Source: Zygnema circumcarinatum SAG 698-1b (lineage: Eukaryota > Plantae > Zygnematophyceae). Taken from it: a stretch of 64,000 nucleotides of DNA. Location: positions 2,294,001-2,358,000 of the forward strand of contig CM074804.1 in assembly GCA_037447605.1 (NCBI GenBank). Reading direction: 5' to 3'. This document shows, piece by piece, positions 42,750 through 53,333 of this stretch. How positions within the stretch are numbered: position 1 is the first letter of the stretch; the number at the start of each line of letters is the position of its first letter. A program made the position numbers and the translations under genes. The notes under the pieces were generated by a model, which saw only the letters and a program-made list of their open reading frames with translations, was not told where the DNA came from and did not search any database.

Positions 42750-44777
42750 CCCTGGTGGCGGCACCTGTCCTCGCGGATATCTGCCGAAGCGCCGCCTTCG
42801 CTCTCAGCACACTCCCGGCCTCCGCTCTCTCTCTTTCCCTCGCTCTCCCCTTCGCTATCCTCCACTCTCAGCCTCTCTCTCACGTCCCTCCCCAGTCTTG
42901 AACTCGTCCGCCCTCCGACTCTACGCAACTCTTGTTCTCGCACCCTTCACAGCCTCGACAGAAGCAGAAGCAGCAGAAGCAGAAGCAGCAGCAGCAGCAG
43001 CAGCAGTGGCGGCCATGGACTTCCGCAGGGCCGTGCTCGCCTTGGCAGTAGCGGCAGTCTCCGCGGCGGGGGCGAGCGCGAAGAAGAACGTGGGGTGTCC
43101 CGACTTCCGGCAGGACGACGGCTGCAGCACAGGGCCGTGCGAGGGCCGCGGCCTGCGCGGCATGTACGAGGTGAGCAGGCGACTCGCCCGCCACGTGGCT
43201 CGCTCAGACTGGCAGACGCGCTGGCATGTGCTGACGTGGCGGCACGTGCGCAGATCCCGTCGGATTGCCCGCTGCTGGTGGGGTACGGCACGGCCGCGTT
43301 CTACCTCGTGGGCGAGCTGCCCGACGACACGCGCGTGGACGCGACCATCCGCGTGACCAAGAAGGTGAAGGCCAAGAACTGCTGCTTCAAGTGCAAGGCG
43401 TCCACCAAGTGCCGCTACTGGCAGTGGCTCAACCTGTGAGGCCCCGCCCGCCCGCCCGCCCGCCCTTCCTCCTCCCTTCAATCCTTGCCTTCTCCATTGA
43501 CATTGGGGTCCATAGGCTGTGAAATCATTAACTAGGCTGTAAAGTCTGCGGGAGGGATTGCCCCCAAGCCTCCTCCTTCTGTTCCTCCTTGCGCCCTTTG
43601 GCTCCGGGGGGGCCTTCCTTCCTGTGGCTGACGGCAGGGCGGCACGTGGCACGTGGGACGTGGCAGGGGGTCGTACGGCGGGCTGTGCTTCATCTACCGC
43701 GGCGGGAACGGGCCGGCGTGCTCGAGCGACACGCTGGTGAGCACGCGCGTGGGCGCCAAGTGCCAGACGCAGATCGTGGACGACCCGCACCTGGTGGGCG
43801 CGCACGGCACGCACTACGACTTCAGCGGCGAGCCGGGGAAGAGCTTCTGCCTCATCTCCGACCGCGCGCTGCACATCAACATGAAGATGACGGGGTACCT
43901 GGACACCCGCACGGAGAGCGCCACTCTGCTCAAGGACGGGAAGGCGGTTCGAACTTGGATCCGCGAGCTCGGCCTCATGTGGCACGCGGGCGGAGAGGGC
44001 CACGACCTGCGCCTCGCGGCGCGCGCCGGCAACGCCACCGCGCGCGGAGACTTGGGCTTCCTCGCCAAGGCGGTCGCGGACGGGGAGACCCTCCCGCGCA
44101 TGCAGGTCGGGGACGAGCTCAGGCGCGAGGGCGGCCTCACCATCAAGATGGAGGCGGTGGAGAAGAAGGGGCCGTACGACGTGGACTTCTACTCGGTCAA
44201 GATCGACGACCTCCTGGACATGGACGTGCGCCTGCGCGTGGCCAACCCGCTGCTGCAGACGCCCGAGGACGTGCAGACGCACATCAGCCTGGGCTTCAAC
44301 TGGATCAATGTGAGTCCCAACCAACCCAAGCAGCGCATTCCTCCCTGCCTGCCGAGTCCATTCCATCCCCCCAACCGCTTTGCCTGTCTGCGCAACTTTT
44401 TCCACTCTTGGTGCCTGCCTGGCGGGTCTGCGCGTTGCCTCTGCCGCTGACTCTTGCCCCGCCCCGCCCCGCCCCGCCCCGCCCCTCTCGCAGACGACCC
44501 CCTCCGTCCACGGCGTGCTCGGGCAGACGTACCGCGAGGGCCGCGAGCAGCGCGCGGTGGAGTTCTCGCAGGTCGCCGCCGCGCTGCATCACAACATCGC
44601 CGCCGACGGCGAGAGCGGGAAGGGCTTCCTGGACGGCGCGCCGGCGGACTACGAGAGCTCGGGCGTCCTGGACGCCGACTGCCGCTTCTCCGCCTTCCAG
44701 GGCTTCGCCCAGACCCAGACCCTCACCGAGCCCGCCCTCACCGTGCAGTGAGGGTTGGGAGGGTAAAGGGGTTTATG
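42750..44777. repeat. Right arm of a long inverted repeat (partner 35049-~37040)
   Basis: See the left arm. Identity ends sharply at ...GGGGTTTATG (44777 / 35049). Confidence 0.92.
43015..44751 (+). CDS. Root_cap domain secreted protein, copy C (inverted near-identical duplicate of copy A)
   Basis: Same 1737-nt ATG-to-stop span as copy A. Translated ORFs in several frames are identical except for one intronic base. Confidence 0.88.
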
Positions 44778-45852
44778 GGTAAAGGGGCTTATTTTTTTAG
44801 ACTGCAAGGGGTCTACATATGTGTACTCTTGTTGGAAAAGGAAAGTTTCTATTTTGTTTAGCTTTACTTTTACGGGCTTCGTTCCGTTTCTTGTAATCTT
44901 AGGGAGGGAGCTTCTAGAATTTAGAGTGGTGGTAAGGTGGCGAGATGGGCGGAGATGACTGGTAAATGAGGTAGCAGGATTCGTTTCTCTTGTTCAATTG
45001 TCACTGTTGGCTTTGTAAGATAATAAGACCAATAAATAACTTTGAAGAGAATTCAGTCTTTGGGACATACGATGTGTTTCGGGTCATTTGATGTATTTCG
45101 TTGGCTGCTTGGATTGACAATATGGAGTATGCTTGAAGAAAATTTTACTTTGACTTTGATGCTTGACCTATCGGAATTTGAAGACATGCGAATTTTAGGG
45201 CAAACGAAAACTAAACATAGTGCACAGCCTCGTTTTCGTTGAAAACACCCCCACCAAATTCAAGACAGGATCAAAGAATGATATAGTAGCAAAAATGGGT
45301 TTTTCTTTCATCTTAGAAATTACAGAATTTGGCCACATCCGCGCATCTCGCTGCGGAAGTGGAAGTATAGACAAGCACACCCTTTTTCCATTTTTTTCTT
45401 TTCTAAATAGATTGCTATTATAAGAAGTAAAACAAAAAAAACCGTTATTCCTTTCCCGACCTGCACTACAGCGTTTCTTAACTCTAGCATTGCCCGCGTA
45501 TGGTGGCTATCAACTGCCAAAATAAAGAGCCGGTTTTTTTAATTTAATTTGGGGAATGGGATTTTCTGCCTCCGGCTTTTCCTTTTGCCGGTGGAAGAGA
45601 CTCCCGCTGTACAACCTCCCCATATTGTAGTAAAGACAAAAAAACGTCCAACGTTTCCCGGTTTATTCACTGGTTGTTAGCTCCCTCCGTCCTCTCCTCC
45701 CCTCCTCTCCCTCCCTACTCCCTCCCTACTCCCTCCCTCCTAGCTACTCGAGTTCCAGTCCAACATCTCCTTCTCCCCTTTCCGCATCGCATTATCTCCC
45801 TTTACAGCTCAAATTACAAACAGGATACCTCCAACAGGTATGTCCCAAGCCC

Positions 45853-48331
45853 TCAATGAAAAGGCTCCCTCTTTTTAGAATTCAGAGCCACATCGATCTT
45901 AGAGTCAAATTCGGATCGAAGTAAAGTAACATCACTAGACGCTTCTTCCTCTCCTTCACTGCTATTCTTTAGAAAACTTGCGACAGCTGTCGCAAATATT
46001 TCCTCTTCCACCACCTCCTCCTCCCTCCCCACTCTCCTTCCCTCCACCTGCTCGTTTGAAATCCTGCAAGCAATAACATCGCTGCAAACAGCATAAGAGC
46101 AAACCATGCCGCAGAAACAAAATAGTTCTAACCCCTTCTTTTCTTTTATTTATGCCGAAAGCTGGTTTAAGCAGCCGACGGCGCCACCCCTAAGTTAAAG
46201 TTTTGCATTCTAAAATGCGGATTCGTAAAGCTGAGTTTATCCATTTTCGTGAACTCACATAGAGAGGATGGCGACCCACACGAGCTCCACGCAGTCCACC
46301 CAAAGAAGGCGCTGCTCCACCGGAATGGCTCCGTACGTCACCAGATGTGCAAACGGCCACAGCTTCCAACCCGCCTGCAGGAGGCAGACGATGCAAAATC
46401 CGTTAGGCGGCAACGGACTTGCAGATTTGAATCGAAGACCCTGACACGAAGAAAGGAGGACATGGAGGTGGGATTCGAGGGAGCAGGAGAGGGGGAGGGG
46501 GAGGNNNNNNNNNNGAGGGAGGGTGAAGGGGAGAGGGAGGGGGGTGGAGGGGATGGAGGTTAAGATGGTGAGAGGGGGAGGTGGAGAGGATAAGAGATAA
46601 GAGAAAAAGGGAGAGAGAGTGGAGGGGAGTGGGGAGTTCACCTTCAGCAGAGGGAAGAAGGTGGCCTTGAGTTCTTTCCAAATGTCTGCAGGTTTCTCGA
46701 AGCGGAGGAGGCCCAGAGCTGTGTAGTAGATGGAGTTCCACAGAGCTGACCACACGGTCTGGTCAAACAGGACCTTTGCCGGAACAACCCAAAAATCTTG
46801 GAACGGAAACAGCCACTGCAACACCACGTTTGGTTTTCCTCAGAACAACTTCAGCCTCAATGTGATCAACCAGACTACTTTATTCACCTTTTTTTATTCG
46901 TAAAAGCTTAAGCTTCGTTATACGCAACCAAAACTGAGTCTGGACTCCTTTTTATCTCGGTAGTGGAGGACCCATTGTTTATTTTACACTAAAAAAAAAA
47001 CGCAAAAGTGGTACACAAGTACAGTAGTTGGCACCTCACAAAAATGATAATAATGATGAGATAGTGATCCGTGTAGGCTGAACCCAACCAATCCTGATCG
47101 GGCCATCCGAACCCGATCAAAGTCGAGGAATGACCGTCCTTCACAGACCTGGAAAAGAAAAAAAAAGGAGAAAAAAAAATGGGATCGGGATTTAATTGCA
47201 ATATCATATTTCTGAGATTGCTTGAGGACAAAAGGCTGCGAAAGACCCAGCAGTCCCTCTGTCAGCGTGAGTTTTTATTTTCTGACTAGAAGTTAGTAAC
47301 TCTTAGCCTCTTTTCATGTATGGGAGTCTAATGGAGATTGAAGATACCTGCGCCGACCAGTCCCCGACCGTATAGACTATTCCTGAAATCATCATTTTTG
47401 CCATTACTGGATTCGAATTCAATACTGCTTCATAGGCGTGCCAGTTGTCACGCGGCAGGTTTCGGATAATTTCAAACAATGTCCAGCCCTGCAAGTAAGA
47501 AAACAACAATTAATAAGCTACTAAACAGCAGACTACAGAAGAATGCGTTCTGGTGAACACCTCCCTTAATGCCTGTGTCTGAAATATAACACAAAGTTAA
47601 GAAACATCCAAATGCACGTGCTCTTGATCACCTTACAACAGCTTAAGAAGAAGAGGGCAGAGAAATAACAAAGGAAGAGGGAGAGGGGGGAAGGGGGGGG
47701 ATGGGGCGCGGGGGAGGGGGGAAGGGGGGGGAGGGGGCGAGGGAGAGGGAGAGGAGAGAGGAGATATGGAGAGGGGAGAGATTGTCCTTACCGTCCAGCT
47801 GTCCTGACTCGCTGTGAATATTTTAACTATGGCGGCAGCTCCAAAGAATCCGACAAGCGCTCCATTTATTCCGCGATCGATGACGATCCTCTCCTCCTCC
47901 GCTGAGGTCGCAAACCACGCCAGTCGTGGCCGGTACGGAGGAGACGCTCCGTTGTCTGCAACGGAGTCTAAAACTGACGCTGAATTTTTAACTGACAGAG
48001 ATTCCACGACAGAGGAGGCGCCTCTCTCCTTCAAATCCAGGTCTTCCTCGACGAATGTGACCGCGGAACTACAGTGAAAGTCTCTGCTGCTGCCGAACCT
48101 TCGCCGCATCTGAGAAAGAGGTTTTGGGGTTTCGGAAGTCTGGCAGCCATGGCTAAAGTTTGGAGACTCTTGAATGGAGGAGGAGCACCCATCCATGGAT
48201 CGGAGGCGCTCGATAGGGACAAGGGACTGCACCATGGACTTTGGAGGCCATGATGGTGATGTTCGGAATCTCTTGAGGGATGAGGAGGAAGGAAGGGATA
48301 GACTGATGGAGGGATGACACGTGGCAGCCAT
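45853..48331 (-). CDS. Mpv17/PMP22 family membrane protein (At1g52870/At4g03410-like), with a probable plastid transit peptide
   Basis: Exons give IVIDRGINGALV / DNWHAYEAVLNSNPVMAKMMISGIVYTVGDWSAQ / VCEGRSFLDFDRVRMARSGLVGFSLHGSLSHHYYHFCE / PAKVLFDQTVWSALWNSIYY / AGWKLWPFAHLVTYGAIPVEQRLLWVDCVELVWVAILS. Confidence 0.93.
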
Positions 48332-50394
48332 GGATGTTCAGGAGACGTCCGATGCGGGGAGAGAGAAGGCAGGGAGGAGAGGGAGCGGTGAAAGAGGAGT
48401 GAGAGCACTGTGGAAGAAGGGCGGTGGAGGAGGCAGCGAGAGGGAACGATATATAAGGGGCAGCCATGGCTGCAAGAGCCGGCGAAGGACACCTGGCAAG
48501 CACCCTGCCAGAGATCCACTTCTGGGTTCTATTGATTGAACAGGTGCCACCTGGAGGTCCACCTTGTGCTAAGGCCTATATATTGATCGGGATCAAGACT
48601 TCCCTATACTGTCAACCGCTTGTTGGACGAGCATCTACCGTCCGATGTGACGTGACCTTTCGGTTAGACGTCCGATTCTGGACAGTTGAATCGGTACATC
48701 CTAAACATTTGATTTTCCGCGATTGTGGTACTGGATGGGAACAGATCCACAAGTGGATCCGGGGGTCCACCTCGATCCGCCGAGTGTCGGCGTGGCACCA
48801 TCGGAAGGCTGCAGCCCACCGGATGACGCCCCTCGGGCCGCCACGTGGCCAGGTTCGCCACGCGGCAATCGCGGAGGCGTCCAACTGTCACCTCGAGATT
48901 CTGTGCTGGTGTTTCCCCGTGAGTCGAGGGTGCCACATGGCACGGAGAGTGCCGTACGGTCACGCCGCCCAGGATGACTCGTTATGCGACACGTGGGCAA
49001 CTGGTTCCGTTTTGGAAATGAGGTTCGGTTTAGGTTCGGGTCAGGCTCGGTCTCAGAGGAATTTTTTTGGACCCCATTTTCATGAACCGCCGGCGAAATG
49101 AACAAAAACCTGTCTGGGTTTTTGGTTTTGGGTTTTTGGGTTTTTGGTTTCTGGCTGTTTCTGGTTTCCGGTTTTTGGTTGCGTACGGTGTGTTGTTTGG
49201 CCAGGGGCTGGGTTTAGGGGTCCGGGGTCCAAGGCGACGGGAAAACACACATGGCCATGGCGGCCGCGAAGATGGGCGCCTCCGCATCCTTTTCTTTCGT
49301 TTTCCGTACGCTCTCAAAACCCTAAAGCTTGAGCACTTGTTATGGGAGGTCTTGATGGTGGACTTTCACTTTATTTACCGCTGTCAGTTTAGGTCTCAGG
49401 TTCTGGGTTCAGGTCATGGGTAAGGGTTTAAGTCGAGGTTTGAGAGGTCGAGGGTCGGAGCTTCGAGAGGGCCGAGCCGTGCCGTGCGCTCTGTCCCGAT
49501 GCCGCTCCGGATAGCAATGGCGGTTTCTGATGACCGCTCGGCTCGAGTGCCGCCACGTGGACAGATACGGACCGTACACCGCCCTGCCAGGCTGGTCGAC
49601 ATTCGTGGGAGGAGGGTTCAGGGTCTTTAGGGTCCGAGGGTTTTCAAAGAAATAGGCATGTGTTACATTGTCACACAAAAAAAAACCCTATAGGGTACTA
49701 AGAACTGCACAGCAACAGCGTCTTTGGAGCTTGTGTTGATACCTTGAGAGCGTGTGCTGGGTGGTGCAGGAGGAGGCTGCGCGCGCAGCTTGTGCCTGTA
49801 CAACATGGTGGATGTAAATGGGAGATGTGGCAGGCTTGGTCGGTTGTGTGATTTCAATAAATCGGAGATTGATCTTGCATGTCTTTCCATTTTTCCATAT
49901 TGCGAGCCTTGCGTTTCTTTTCTCCGTGGTTCTTCTTCTTCTTCTTCTCCTCGTTTTTGTGGCTTTTGAAGAATGTTAAGGGTTTGAGTTGTCGTTGGAG
50001 ATTAAAGTTGTTATCTTTGGAAAAACACATCCCTTCATGTTGACATGTTTGGTCGACGAGTCCAGTTTTTGATTCGGATAGTCTTTTACCGGTATAATGT
50101 TCCATCACATTGGATGACGNNNNNNNNNNGGGGGTAGGGGGGAGGGGACCACCTCAAAATGTAAATTGTTCTCACTTTCAAAGTAATCAAAAATGGCAAG
50201 TAGCACATCAACATATGAATGGAGATGAGAGCTCGAAGCACACCCATATTTAGTGCACTGTGCATTTCGTTTTCACGCGCGACACGCCCCGTTTCGTTTA
50301 CGCTCTTCCCCGAACGACGCGCTTCCCCGAACGACTAACCGTCCGCCGCGCAATCCGCCTCGAACACACTGCGAAACGGCAGTCGCCAAGCGCC

Positions 50395-50584
50395 GTATCG
50401 TATCGTCATATTTCACCGATTCACGATATTGTATCGTTTCGTATCGCGTGTCTTATCGTATCGCCAAGCCTCCGTTGAACGTTGTCCCAGTATCGTATCG
50501 TCATATTTCACTGATTCACGAGATTGCATCGTTTCGTATCGCGCGTCTTATCGTATCGCCAAGCCGCCGTTGAACGTTGTCCCA
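50395..50584. repeat. 95-bp tandem duplication just upstream of the SWC4 start codon
   Basis: 50395-50489 and 50490-50584 differ at about 5 positions and are rich in TATCG words. Confidence 0.9.
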
Positions 50585-50630
50585 GAAGCGCCGAGCGGGA
50601 GAGGGAGAGGGCGTGGGAGGAGGGGCAGCC

Positions 50631-53302
50631 ATGGCGGATGCGAAGGACATCCTCGGCCTGGGAAAGGCCGCGGTCGAGAAGGAGAAGCGTGGCCGCGCGC
50701 CCCGCGAGGCAGCGCCGCGGAAGCCTGATGGCGTCAGCAGAGAGGTGGGGAACGCTAGTTTCTAACCTTTACATTCAACCCTACATTTGACCATTTGTTA
50801 GCGCAGCTAAATCGTAGATAAATTAATCTAAATTTGATTTAATAGATTTTCAACTTATTAATTTCTACCTAAAACGAAGGATTTAAAGGAAATGCATTGC
50901 TTAGGTCTTAGTTCTGACCTTAACTTCAATTTGTAGTAGCCTTAACAATATTTCTATCTCAGACTCAGCCTAGGCCCAATATAAGCCTAAACCTAACCGT
51001 AAATTCAATCCGAACTGCAATTTGAATCTCAGCGCGACCTTTAAGGTTGAACATTAATGACAGCTGTAACCCCAATTCCGACCCTAAATTATAATTTCGT
51101 TCTTACCTTGCATGAACTGAATCACTTACATATGCCCAACCCTACTTTAAACCCTAATTTGAACCTTAATATAAAAAAATTGAGGCGCATTTTGGAGTAT
51201 CGTGGTGGACAGGTGTACGCTCTCACAGGAGGCATTCCGCCAGCCATCGCAACTGCTGACGTGTCACTTCTGAAGGGAAAAAAGAAACCTGCGGCAGCTG
51301 CTCAAAATGTACGGCTGGCCTTTCGACTTTAAAAAAGGCCCTCCTGGAAGGTCAATATATGAAAACTTAAATTCGAAGCTGTAAAGAATAGTCAAAATGA
51401 TTTTTTTTTGTTTTTATTCTTGGCAAGTTCTTCTGCTTTTGCCTGCAACTGAGAGGTCTGCCCTAAAACTTCAAAATGCTGTAAATTCGATGTTTCGCTT
51501 TTGCGTCCTTGTGGCTCGCTCGGTGAGTCCTCCGCAAAAGATAGGGAGAGGGAGGGAGAGGTCACAGAGGGATTCTAGCCGCATGTTTTGTGCAGTCTAA
51601 ATGTGTTTTCGCAGCTATTTTTTCTTTCCCGTTTCTCCGGTGAAGCAGATCACATGGCGATGGCTTCCCTTTTCAAATTCTGCCCGAGCGGATGAGCTGC
51701 AGTTGCAGCATTGGGTGGGTGCAAGCACTGGTCGGCTATTTTTCACATACTCAGTCTCTCTCTTTCTCTTTCTTTCTCTCTCCCCCTCACTCTCTCTTTT
51801 TTGTCCCGGCTTGCCTCTCGTTGCGCCCGATTTTGTGTCCCATTGACCTGCCCTCCCTCTCTCGCCTCCCTCTCACAGTCACTTCCTCTCTCCCTTATCT
51901 CCCTGAATTAGGGATTGGGAAGTTTCCGGGCAGGTGCGTGTGGTGGACGGTGCAGTTCCATCTGGCGATTATGCATTTGCTAAATACAATAAGGTGCACT
52001 TTCCACTCCCTACGTTTCCTTCTACTTTTTTCTTCCTCTTGTATTTGTTTGCTTTTTTTTCCCAACTCAACCTCTGAAAGTAGTATCCTTTGTCAGTTTG
52101 ATGCTTGTGATGTGCTTCACACCAAAAACTGATTTCTTTTGTTTTCTGAAACTCCGCAGCGTAGTAAGAAAGCATAGAAATGTTGTAATTCCTTAACTCT
52201 TATGAGCACCTACAAGCATCTGTTACTGTATTCTGAAATCCTAAAACCTGATGCTAAAGTCCTTCGTGCTCATAGGGAGTGAAGTGGTGCAGGTAGTTGA
52301 AATGGTGCGATATACCGAGGAGGAATATGCGCAGCTTCTGCAGCACCCGGTACTTTGAATCTCAAACAAACTTAAGACGAGTCTGCAGAAACTAGAACCT
52401 ACAAAACTTGAAAGCCTCAAAACCTTCAAAACCTTTTCGATTCAAGAAATTTGAAGGTTTCCTTCGCGTTCCTAGAAACTCTAAAGGTCTGATCTGATCT
52501 GGTTTGAATATGATCTTAAAGGGAATCTATCTGCTATATTTGAATGGGTAGAAGTGGAGCCAAGAGGAGACCGACCACCTGTTTGACCTCTGCAGCAGAT
52601 TCGACCTCCGCTTCATTGTCATCGCCGACCGCTTTGCTTCCGAAGGGCCCTTTCCGGACCGGTCCGTAGAGGAGCTCAAGGACCGGTACTATTCCGGTAA
52701 CGTGTTTTAGTCCCGACGCCTCTTAACAAAAGGCGGGGGTCCGATCTATGTCGCACCCTGCGTTATCCGTTTTTCGGAGCAGAACTGAGCGGTGGCGTGA
52801 AGCAGGGAATGGCAGTTGCACGGACAATTCTGCAGGCAAGGGCGAGCCATGGAGGGGAAGTTTCAAACTCCCCAATTCTGCGAGTGAGTCTTCTTCTCCC
52901 TCCCCCTCCCCCTCCCACTCGTCCTCGACACCCCCCTTCCCCCCTTTCCNNNNNNNNNNCTCTATAGTTTTATGTTCCTCATGGTTTCAAGTTCTCGTGG
53001 TTTCAGGAAGCGTACAATATCGTGCAAGAGACGGAGCGCAAGAGGGCTCTCTCTCTGCTGCTCTCGCAGTCCCGGCATCAAGAGCAGGAGGAGGCTCAGG
53101 TGGGAGAGGGAGCGTAATAATGATAATGTTGCGATTGATCTTGAAGCCATTCCAAACATTGAAATCTGCAGCTTGTTATTTGTTTCATTTTGGGGTTTGG
53201 GGGAGGAAAGCAGGTTCTTGCAGAAGCCAAGCGAATCAGAGAAGCTCGAAAAGCGGCGCAGGTGTGCCAACAATCTGTTGTTGTGTGCGTATGCATGTGG
53301 GA

Positions 53303-53333
<31 letters not shown>

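Noticed and set aside
35029-44782. Long overlapping alternative-frame and antisense ORFs (402, 487, 494, 397, 370, 363 aa) over the Root_cap genes
   Set aside because: They are shadows of very GC-rich coding sequence that is poor in stop codons. The products are low-complexity Arg/Ala/Gly with no motifs.
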